Shown: positions 1-7,596 of the stretch, in pieces
Numbering within the stretch: position 1 is the first letter of the stretch
How the letters are laid out: each line of letters starts with the position of its first letter
Assembly (NCBI GenBank): GCA_039801885.1
Contig: JBDRVN010000028.1
Coordinates: forward strand, 1-21,126
Source: a candidate division WOR-3 bacterium
GTDB lineage: Bacteria; Hydrothermota; Tepidihabitantia; Tepidihabitantales; DTDR01
DNA length: 21,126 nt
Reading direction: 5' to 3'
Notes under the pieces: generated by a model
Databases searched by the model: none
What the model was told of the DNA's origin: nothing
Seen by the model: only the letters and a program-made list of their open reading frames with translations
Translations under genes and position numbers: made by a program

Positions 1-827
1 AAAATTCTTCGTCATCGGTTTTATACGACCTTTCTACCCTCCCTTGGTATCCTTTCCTCCTTTTTGGTGCCTTTCCTAAAACAGCACCATAAATTTTATA
101 CCGTCTCTCATTAAGCAATTTTAAATTATAAGGATTATCGCCACCAAACTCTTCGCCCCAGTCTTCCTGCCAAAACACTTCTTTATCTATCCCCCAACAT
201 CTTAACCACATCATAACCAACCCAACAAATAAAAATCCATTCTCTTGGTTTAACCGGTGACTATAAGATAAAAATCTAAAGCTTGAGATACTTTCACAAA
301 AAGTCCATTGGTATCTTGGTAATTTGAGGAGGCTAAATTTTTGGTATAATTCAGTTCCTAATGTTGCTTTATCAAGAATATCTTTGGTATCCACTTGAGC
401 ATGCGAAAAAGGTTCTTCTATCTCCCAACTCCAAAAAGCGGGAAAAAATCCTTTTCTTTCTTTTCTCTTTTTTCTTATTACATTTTGTCTCAACACATTT
501 CTTACTGTCCACTCATTTAATTTTAATCTCAAGGCAATTCTTTTTTTTCCCAATTAGTTTTCCTACGAATTTCCAGTATTTTTCCTGAATTTCTTTTGGC
601 GTTCTTTTTGGTGAGTTATAAGGCTTTCTTGATAATTCTTTAAGTCCCTCTTCGCCTTTCTCCTTGTATCTTTTTATCCATTTTCTTAAGGTATTTCGGG
701 AGACTCCGTATTCTCTACTAATTTGTCTAATTGTCTTTACTTGGTTATATGCTTCAATCATTTTAACTCTTAATTTAAATCTTGCTTCAATATTCATTTT
801 ATTGTATAATTCTTTGTATAGAAACAT
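1..827 (-). pseudogene. IS481-family transposase, frameshifted and truncated by the window edge
   Basis: ORF 513-827 has an N-terminal HTH (ISREYGVSRNTLRKWIKRY...GLKELSRKP). A second frame, open from about 553 to the window edge, carries the DDE core (QVDTKD, WQEDWGEEFGG, QGRVERSYKTDDEEF). The frames join by restoring one base at 579-583 and one at 541-551. Confidence 0.85.
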
Positions 828-881
828 AGACGTCCCCTTTTTAATTTCTTTAATTTCTTAACTCTTTTTGGGACACCTATT

Positions 882-910
882 ATTTTAAGAAACTTATTGA
901 ATAATTTCAA
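882..910 (-). promoter_or_regulatory. Putative transposase promoter
   Basis: TTGAAA (910-905), 17-bp spacer, TAAAAT (887-882), upstream of SD-like AAGGGG and ATG 827. Confidence 0.5.
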
Positions 911-980
911 CACATCTTTTACCTTAATACCCTTATTAACCTGGTAATCATGTCTTAACACATTTATTTTTTTATCCTCC

Positions 981-1008
981 TTGACTTTTAAATTGATTTT
1001 ATTAAAAT
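981..1008 (+). promoter_or_regulatory. Sigma70-like promoter of nfo, probably leaderless
   Basis: TTGACT-N16-TAAAAT-N6-ATG(1015); no SD. Confidence 0.7.
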
Positions 1009-1014
1009 GGAATT

Positions 1015-1854
1015 ATGAGGATTGGCTTTCATATTGCCATTAGTGGTGGATTTAAAAAAGTAGTGGAAAGGGCAAAGAAAAGAGAGTGCGAAACAATTCA
1101 AATCTTTTCAACAAATCCCAGGGGCTGGCGGATTTCCAAACTAAATTTAAAAGAAGTTGAAATATTTAGAAAGGAGGTTGCAGAGAATAAAATTTATCCG
1201 GTATTTGTCCATATGCCTTATTTACCAAATTTGGCTTCGGGTAAAAAGACAATTTTTAAAAAATCTATCCAGGCATTGATTGCCGAATTAGAAAGGGCAG
1301 AAATTTTAGGTTCTAATTATGTGGTTATGCATATTGGCAAAAGAATGGCAACCGATGAAGAGACGGCTTTAAAAAATGTTGCCTTGGGAATAAATGAAGC
1401 CTTTTTGAAAGTAAAAAATAATGTGATACTTCTTTTAGAAAATACTGCCGGAATGGGAAGTGAAGTTGGTTATAACTTTGAAAGTATTAAAAAAATAATT
1501 GATTTGGTTGAAGATAAAGAAAGGGTAGGGATTGTTATTGATACCGCCCATATTTTTGAGGCTGGTTATAATATCGCCACAAAAGAAGGTTTAGATGGAA
1601 CATTAAGAAAACTTGATGAATTAATTGGTTTAAGAAAATTACATCTTTTACATCTAAATGACTCAAAAACTGATTTGGGAAGCAGAGTTGATAGGCATTG
1701 GCATATTGGCAAAGGTAAAATTGGTAAAGAAGGATTTAAGATTATTCTAAACCATCCATTATTGAAACATCTGCCAGCAATCTTGGAAACACCAAAAAAT
1801 GATACAAAATGGGATTTAATGAATTTGAAAATGGTCAGAAGTCTAATGGAATAA
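1015..1854 (+). CDS. nfo: Endonuclease IV (AP endonuclease family 2)
   Basis: Metal-ligand motifs HMPYLPNLAS, MHIG, LLENTAG, IDTAH, HLNDSK, DRHWHIGKGKIG, ILETP; 279 aa. Confidence 0.95.
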   Translation: MRIGFHIAISGGFKKVVERAKKRECETIQIFSTNPRGWRISKLNLKEVEIFRKEVAENKIYPVFVHMPYLPNLASGKKTIFKKSIQALIAELERAEILGSNYVVMHIGKRMATDEETALKNVALGINEAFLKVKNNVILLLENTAGMGSEVGYNFESIKKIIDLVEDKERVGIVIDTAHIFEAGYNIATKEGLDGTLRKLDELIGLRKLHLLHLNDSKTDLGSRVDRHWHIGKGKIGKEGFKIILNHPLLKHLPAILETPKNDTKWDLMNLKMVRSLME

Positions 1855-2508
1855 TTAACCCCTCATTGGTCCACGGAAAACAAAGGTAGAAATAATAACC
1901 CACAAAAACCAAATCCCAATCACGAAATAATAAGATTTATTACCTTTTAAATCAAAAACTATTTTTAAACCGAAGGCAATCAAAATTATCTGCCAAATTG
2001 TAAAAAAATCAAAACGGGAGAGAAAATTAAATAAAAGTCCTTTTTCGGTAGGTAAAAGTAATGCCAAACTGGTTGTCACAAATGGTGATTGACGAAGAAC
2101 AATTATAATACTTCTAATTAATGAACCAAAAGCAGTTACCAAACCCGCACCGCAGACAACCGCAAAGGTCTTTACAAAATTACTTTCGCTACCTAATAAA
2201 GGAAGCGAAAAATTAAAGATTAAAGAGATTATTAAAAGGAAAATAACAGTAACGATTAAAGCACTAACTAAACCGATAATAACTCTTGTTGGTCTTCTCA
2301 TAAATTCTTCCACCCTTTCAATCTGTTCTCTTGGTGCTCCTCTTTCTTCCATTCTTTTAATGATTTCGGAAACATTGGTATAACGAGTTGCTACATAAGA
2401 TTGAAGCAAAGTAAAAACAAGAATAATAATTAAAGGAATAATAAATTCTGGTTTTTCTTTTAATTTTAAAAAATAATTTCTTGGTGATAAAAATATATCA
2501 AAAATCAT
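1855..2508 (-). CDS. Yip1-domain membrane protein
   Basis: N-terminal 'IFLSPRNYFLKLKEKP', about five hydrophobic segments, 'LSRFDFFTIW' motif; SD AAGGAGG upstream. Confidence 0.75.
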   Translation of the reverse strand: MIFDIFLSPRNYFLKLKEKPEFIIPLIIILVFTLLQSYVATRYTNVSEIIKRMEERGAPREQIERVEEFMRRPTRVIIGLVSALIVTVIFLLIISLIFNFSLPLLGSESNFVKTFAVVCGAGLVTAFGSLIRSIIIVLRQSPFVTTSLALLLPTEKGLLFNFLSRFDFFTIWQIILIAFGLKIVFDLKGNKSYYFVIGIWFLWVIISTFVFRGPMRG

Positions 2509-2527
2509 CTTTTCCTCCTTTTAAAAA

Positions 2528-3118
2528 TTAACCTAACTCTTTTCTACCTTCTATTGCCTTGGTAATGGTAATGGGATCAGCAAGTTCTAAAGAAGAACCA
2601 AAAGGAAGTCCTAAACCAATTCGGGTTATCTTTTTCTTAAATTCCTTTAAAAGATCAGAAAGATAATAAGAAGTGGCTTCACCTTCGGTTGTGGGGTTTA
2701 AGGCGATAATTATCTCTTTTAGTTTGTCATTTTTTACTTTCGCTAATAGTTTATCTATCCTTTCTTTCATTATCTCTTCTTTTTCCGATGTCAATAATCC
2801 GCCAAGAATAAAATATTTACCATTATAAATTTTAGTCGTTTCAATGAAAAAAAGATGAGCAGGTTCTTCCACAATACATAATAAACTATTATCCCGATTT
2901 TCGTTTTGACAGATTTTACAAATCCTTTCCTCGCTATAATTAAAACATTCCTCACAAATTCTTAAATTTTCTCTTGCGGAAATTAAGGAATTGGTAAATT
3001 CTCTTATTTCCTTATCATCCAATTTTAAAAGATAAAAACCAATTCTTTGGGCACTCCTTTTACCAATTCCCGGTAGTTTTTCTAAAAATTTTAATACTTT
3101 TTTAAAATCCTCGTTCAT
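2528..3118 (-). CDS. recR: Recombination mediator RecR
   Basis: HhH LPGIGKRSAQR, C4 zinc finger CEEC...CKIC, Toprim (EIIIALNPTTEGEAT, ITRIGLGLPFG); ATGA overlap with dnaX. Confidence 0.95.
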   Translation of the reverse strand: MNEDFKKVLKFLEKLPGIGKRSAQRIGFYLLKLDDKEIREFTNSLISARENLRICEECFNYSEERICKICQNENRDNSLLCIVEEPAHLFFIETTKIYNGKYFILGGLLTSEKEEIMKERIDKLLAKVKNDKLKEIIIALNPTTEGEATSYYLSDLLKEFKKKITRIGLGLPFGSSLELADPITITKAIEGRKELG

Positions 3119-4500
3119 TTTAATTCTTCAAATCCTTCAAAGGTTTTATCAAAAATCTCGGAAATCTTTTTCTCTTCTTTCATTTCTCTTTGGATAAATT
3201 TTATCTTAACCTCTTTATTTAAAATCTTTTCTAAAACCTCTTTTATCTCTTCTTCGTGTTCTTGTAAAATAGTTAATTTCCCTTTAATGGGAGGATAATA
3301 AATATGAACAACATTGTCAACCTCTTTGATAATGGTCTCCTCTAAAATTCCTGCGATTTTCGGTGAAATACTATAGATCTTACCAAGAGAAATTAATCCC
3401 ATTTCTTTTTTCAATTTAAAATATTTCAACAATGATAAACTCAAATTCTCTAAAGCAATTTCCGGAAAGGAAGTATATTTCAATAATCTCTCGTAGCCAA
3501 TCAAAATATTTATCATCTCATATATCTCTTGGTCAGAGAAGAGATTGCCAATTTTATCAAATTCTTGATGTTCTTCATCGGTAATCCCCAACGCCTTTTG
3601 AGGCAATCCGTTTTTCACTAGTAAAATTGTCCGAAAGGCTTGGAGAATACTTTTATAAAATTCAAAAGGGTCTCTTCCTTCTTGTTCAATTCTAACTAAA
3701 AATCTTAAAACCTCTTTTAAATCAGCTTTCTTTAATTCTTCAAAATATTCAAAAATTATTCTTTCCGGAACCACTCCTAAAAGTTTCTCCACATCCTCTC
3801 CTTTAATTGGCTGAGAAGCAAAGACCGAAACCTGCTCTAATATCACTTCGGCATCCCTAATGGCACCATCAGCTCTTTTGGCGATTTGATAATAGGCATC
3901 TTCTTCTAAGATAAGATTTTCTTTTTTGGCAATCTCTTTTAAACGAGAAACAATTTCATTAACTTGCGCTTTCCGAAAATCAAACCTTTGGCAACGGGAA
4001 ATAATTGTTTTTGGTACCTTTGTCGGATTAGTCGTCGCAAAAATAAATTTTACATAAGGTGGTGGTTCTTCCAAAATTTTTAATAAAGCATTAAAGGCTT
4101 CGGTAGTTAACATATGAACTTCGTCAATAATATAAACCTTAAATCTTCCTTTAATTGGGTTAAACCTTGCCTTTTCTCTTAATTCTCTTACTTCGTCAAT
4201 TCCCCGATTAGAAGCACCGTCAATCTCAATCACATCCAAAGAATTAGAATTATCAATCTCCTTACAAATTTCACATTGATTACAAGGATTTATTGTCATT
4301 CCTTTTTCACAATTTAATGCCTTAGCAAAAATCCTTGCCGTTGTTGTCTTACCGGTTCCTCTTGGACCAGAAAATAAATAGGCATTATGGATTTTATTAC
4401 TCAAAATTGCATTCTTCAAAGTTCTAACAACAACCTCTTGGACACAAATCTCGTCAAAAGTCTTTGGCCGGTATTTTAAAGAAAAAACTTTTCGCTCCAT
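3115..4500 (-). CDS. dnaX: DNA polymerase III subunit gamma/tau
   Basis: KYRPKTF, Walker A GPRGTGKTT, zinc Cys cluster, EIDGASNRG, IIDEVHML, SRCQRF. Confidence 0.96.
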   Translation of the reverse strand: MERKVFSLKYRPKTFDEICVQEVVVRTLKNAILSNKIHNAYLFSGPRGTGKTTTARIFAKALNCEKGMTINPCNQCEICKEIDNSNSLDVIEIDGASNRGIDEVRELREKARFNPIKGRFKVYIIDEVHMLTTEAFNALLKILEEPPPYVKFIFATTNPTKVPKTIISRCQRFDFRKAQVNEIVSRLKEIAKKENLILEEDAYYQIAKRADGAIRDAEVILEQVSVFASQPIKGEDVEKLLGVVPERIIFEYFEELKKADLKEVLRFLVRIEQEGRDPFEFYKSILQAFRTILLVKNGLPQKALGITDEEHQEFDKIGNLFSDQEIYEMINILIGYERLLKYTSFPEIALENLSLSLLKYFKLKKEMGLISLGKIYSISPKIAGILEETIIKEVDNVVHIYYPPIKGKLTILQEHEEEIKEVLEKILNKEVKIKFIQREMKEEKKISEIFDKTFEGFEELK

Positions 4501-4507
4501 ATGTCTA

Positions 4508-4535
4508 ATTATAAAAAATAAAGCATTAAAGTCAA
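4508..4535 (-). promoter_or_regulatory. Sigma70-like promoter of dnaX, probably leaderless
   Basis: TTGACT-N16-TATAAT-N7-ATG(4500); no SD. Confidence 0.75.
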
Positions 4536-4613
4536 AATAAATAAGTTTATATTTTTCTTCGCAAAAATTATTTAATTAGCCCATTTTGATTGAGGAAATA
4601 TATTAAACTCTCT

Positions 4614-4630
4614 ACTATCTACTATACTGC
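4614..4630 (-). repeat. Dispersed intergenic motif GCAGTATAGTAGATAGT, copy A
   Basis: Exact reverse complement of 9489-9505; related to 19310-19328. Confidence 0.7.
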
Positions 4631-4837
4631 TCCTTTCTTAATAGGAAATAAAATCCTCCTATTTTATTGATGTAGATTTTTAAAAATATATAAAAGAGAA
4701 GATTTATTTAGTTATTAAATAAAAATAGGCGGAAGGCTTTAAACACCTCCTTTTTAGGTTTATTTTTTAATAATCCTTTCTTAATCAAAATCCTGAAATC
4801 TAATAACCTCTTTATTCCATAATACCCCATATATATA

Positions 4838-4864
4838 AGACGAAAAAATAGCCCTAAAGGTTAC
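4838..4864 (-). promoter_or_regulatory. Putative ECF sigma factor promoter
   Basis: Minus strand reads GGTAAC-CTTTAGGGCTATTTTTT(17)-CGTCTTATATAT, matching the AAC-N16/17-CGT pattern of ECF promoters. Confidence 0.5.
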
Positions 4865-4904
4865 CACTTTTTTATAATATAATTTAAAAATTAAAAAGTT
4901 AATC

Positions 4905-5180
4905 GGGGTTGTGCGACAAGTTCGAGAAAAAATAATGGGGCTTTAATAAAAAGAAAGGCTCCAACCAGGCACCCTGACAACCGACATAGTTCCTACTTAC
5001 CGTTGCTGCCTTCCGGCCCTGGCGGGGTTTATAGGTTATGCCTTTGTCAGACCCGGTCTTCATCGCCTCCTTTTTATTAAAGACACCCATTATCTTTTCC
5101 CTCAACTTGTCCTGTCAGCCCCGCATCAGGCGGGTTTCGGGTTACAGGGGACCGCCAACCCCCCACTTTAGCACAACCCC
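4905..5180 (-). ncRNA. ffs: Signal recognition particle RNA, large bacterial type with Alu domain
   Basis: Terminal helix GGGGTTGTGC/GCACAACCCC; Alu-like 5' region GGGGGGTTGGCGGTCCCCTGTAACCCGAAACCCGCC; long paired stem; helix 8 CCGCCAGGGCCGGAAGGCAGCAACGG with GGAA loop; lies upstream of dnaX as in Bacillus scr-dnaX. Confidence 0.95.
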
Positions 5181-5187
5181 ATTTATT

Positions 5188-6141
5188 CTATAGTTGTAAT
5201 TGATAGGGTTTGGCAAATAAGAAAGTAGTATCTGGTTCTTCGTTATAAATTTTTCTAAATAAAGAAATAATTGCTCCTTTATTCATTGCGCTGGTTTTTT
5301 GAATATCGGGCAACCTTACATTTTCAGAAGCAAATTGAAAATATTTCTGATATACTTCGCGGGCATATTTAGCATCTTTATTAATTATCGCAATCGCAGC
5401 ATCAGTAATCTTCTTTATCTTGGCACATATCCTTCTTTTCTTATTAAAGAAATCTTTAGAAAATCCAATGGCATAACCGGGATAGGCAGACACATAAATT
5501 TTGGGCAATGGACCTTCAAATAATGAATAATAACCTTGATTTATTAATAGCGAACGATAGGGTTCAATAAATAATCCCGCATCAATCTCGCCTTTTAAAA
5601 ACTTATCATATATTTCACCAAAACTACCTTCAACAAAATTAACTTTTTTAACATCCACACCCATTCGAGTTAAAATCTCTTTAGCAATTTCCAAATAACC
5701 AAAGGGAACACCAAATTTTTTATTATTTAATGCGGTAAAAACTATTTTATCTTTTAGTTTTAACTTTATTTGATTTATAATTATCGCATCAACCGTAATC
5801 CCTGATTGAAATTCATAAGAAGTGAAAACCATTAAAGTTTCGTTTTTATTTTTCATATAATCAAAAATTGTTATCCACGGAAAAATCCCCATATCACATT
5901 CATTTTTAATTACCTTCTCAACCCCTTCATTTTGATTTTGATAGAAAATAAAAACTGGTTCAATCCTCTCGCTTTTGAAAAATCCCGTATCAAAAGCAAC
6001 AAAATAAACGACTGAAGCAATACTGGAATCACAAGCGATTTTCACCTGTTGAATTCTATTCTCTTCATATTGAGGATAAATTAAAACATATAAAAGTCCT
6101 GCCAATAAAATAACAATTAGGATATTTAATATTATTTTCAT
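5188..6141 (-). CDS. ABC-type substrate-binding protein, SsuA/THI5(NMT1)-like, with N-terminal membrane anchor
   Basis: 'YFVAFDTGFFKSERIE', 'LNNKKFGV', 'GEIDAG...EPY' patterns typical of this family; hydrophobic N-terminus; ATGA overlap with the upstream TPR gene. Confidence 0.7.
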   Translation of the reverse strand: MKIILNILIVILLAGLLYVLIYPQYEENRIQQVKIACDSSIASVVYFVAFDTGFFKSERIEPVFIFYQNQNEGVEKVIKNECDMGIFPWITIFDYMKNKNETLMVFTSYEFQSGITVDAIIINQIKLKLKDKIVFTALNNKKFGVPFGYLEIAKEILTRMGVDVKKVNFVEGSFGEIYDKFLKGEIDAGLFIEPYRSLLINQGYYSLFEGPLPKIYVSAYPGYAIGFSKDFFNKKRRICAKIKKITDAAIAIINKDAKYAREVYQKYFQFASENVRLPDIQKTSAMNKGAIISLFRKIYNEEPDTTFLFAKPYQLQL

Positions 6142-7547
6142 TTCAACTCCTTCTCTAATTTCATTTTCTTTTCTAAATATTTCCTTGCTGTCTCTTTATC
6201 TCCCTTATCCCGATAGACAACTGCCAAGTTCTGGTAAGCATCTAAATTCTTTGGATTTATCAAAATAATCTTCTCAAAACATTTAATAGCCGAATCGTAA
6301 TAATTTGGCTTATTTTCTAATTTTGCTAATTGGGCATAAGAACCACCAAGAATCATATAAACATTTTCCAATCTTTCCGGCGCCAAAATAGAAAGGGAAT
6401 TATCTTTTGTTAAATAATAAAGATAAGGCGAAAATTGAGAAGGAAGTTCTATATAATTTAAAGAAGTGTCGGAAATTAAATCTTTAATTTTTAATCTCTC
6501 TTCCTCAGTTGACTGACGAAGGGTCAAAGAAATTAAATTCTCAAAAGTTATCCGACAGGTATCGTACGAAGAAAGGTTATAATAATTGGCGCCTAAATAG
6601 AAAAGGGCATCATAATTCTTTTCATCCACTTCCCATAATTTCTTGAAAGTATTCACTGCTTCTTTTTCTTTTTTCTTTTGCATTTGGATTAAACCAACTC
6701 TTAAAAGATTTTGGGCATATTCTTGATTTAGACTACTGATTTCCAAAACCAACTGAGCAACTTTTTCAATTCCACTCCTAAATTTTAAACTATCTTTTAG
6801 ATAACTTTCAAATTCTTTTATTTTTTTCTCACTTTGATAGTTAAGTAATTTCTTTATTACCTTCTCTTTCTCCTCTTTCAATTTTAAAAGTTCGGCTAAT
6901 TTATCTTTCTCTTCGCTAATCTTTCTTTCATAATTTCTGATAGAATTTTCAAAAGAATTTAAGGCATTATCATAGTCTTCTTTTGCTAAATAATAACTAC
7001 CTAATAAAGAGTAACCCTGCGGTGAATTAGCATCTTTACTTATCATATTTTGGGCAAGAGAATATAGCGAATCATACATTTTTAAATTGACATAAATTTG
7101 GGAAAGCAGAGTATAATTAAAAGGTCTTTCTGGATCAAGGATTAAAGCACCATTGGCATAAATTAAAGCCGAATCCGATTTATTATTTGCTAAATAACTC
7201 TGGGATGCCTCAATCAAAGAAGACCAACAGGTTAATTTATAATTCTCATCTTTTTGGATCTTTTTTAAATAATTATTATCATTAACCGAAACCAAAAGAT
7301 ATCTGGCGGCATTAAAATAATCGCCCAAAGAAATTAAAGTTATTGCCAAATAAAAATTACCATCGGGATCGTTAGGCTTTTGTAAAACTGCCTCTTCAAA
7401 CATCTCCTTTGCTTTTTCATATTGCCGATTTTGCAGATAAATCTTACCACTCCGTATTAAAACATCATAAGGTTTTGTCTGACCACTAATAATTGAAGGC
7501 TTAAAACAAAAACTAAATAAAAAGATTAATAAAATTATCTTTCTCAT
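6138..7547 (-). CDS. Exported tetratricopeptide repeat protein
   Basis: Signal-like N-terminus and multiple TPR-like helices (AKEMFEEAVLQKP, GYSLLGSYYL, ALFYLGANYY, AYQNLAVVY). Confidence 0.85.
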   Translation of the reverse strand: MRKIILLIFLFSFCFKPSIISGQTKPYDVLIRSGKIYLQNRQYEKAKEMFEEAVLQKPNDPDGNFYLAITLISLGDYFNAARYLLVSVNDNNYLKKIQKDENYKLTCWSSLIEASQSYLANNKSDSALIYANGALILDPERPFNYTLLSQIYVNLKMYDSLYSLAQNMISKDANSPQGYSLLGSYYLAKEDYDNALNSFENSIRNYERKISEEKDKLAELLKLKEEKEKVIKKLLNYQSEKKIKEFESYLKDSLKFRSGIEKVAQLVLEISSLNQEYAQNLLRVGLIQMQKKKEKEAVNTFKKLWEVDEKNYDALFYLGANYYNLSSYDTCRITFENLISLTLRQSTEEERLKIKDLISDTSLNYIELPSQFSPYLYYLTKDNSLSILAPERLENVYMILGGSYAQLAKLENKPNYYDSAIKCFEKIILINPKNLDAYQNLAVVYRDKGDKETARKYLEKKMKLEKELK

Positions 7548-7584
7548 AAAAATGATTATAATGAAAAATTGTTAAATGTCAAAT
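7536..7584 (-). repeat. Promoter-plus-start direct repeat, copy 1 (TTGACA-N16-TATAAT-N7-ATG)
   Basis: Matches 9187-9234: 16/16 identical, a 6-7-nt variable segment, then 25/26 identical. Confidence 0.8.
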
Positions 7585-7596
7585 TGGAAAGGCTAT

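Larger units (their letters stand above)
1..962 (-). mobile_element. IS481-family insertion sequence, left part only
   Basis: Contains the transposase above. Candidate terminus 5'-TGT(GT)TAAGACATGATTACC at 960/962 on the minus strand (IS481 ends begin TGT). The other end is outside the window, so the boundary is unverified. Confidence 0.6.

Noticed and set aside
361..861. Plus-strand ORFs 361-588 and 664-861
   Set aside because: Antisense shadows of the transposase; Phe/Leu-rich, with no recognisable motif.
3400..3415. Possible dnaX gamma/tau frameshift site (TTG AAA AAA GAA)
   Set aside because: Only six A, not phased as A_AAA_AAG, and no stimulatory SD or hairpin seen; such runs are common in this AT-rich DNA.
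4899..5105. 68-aa ORF on the minus strand
   Set aside because: Lies almost entirely within the SRP RNA; the open frame is a by-product of the GC-richer structured RNA.
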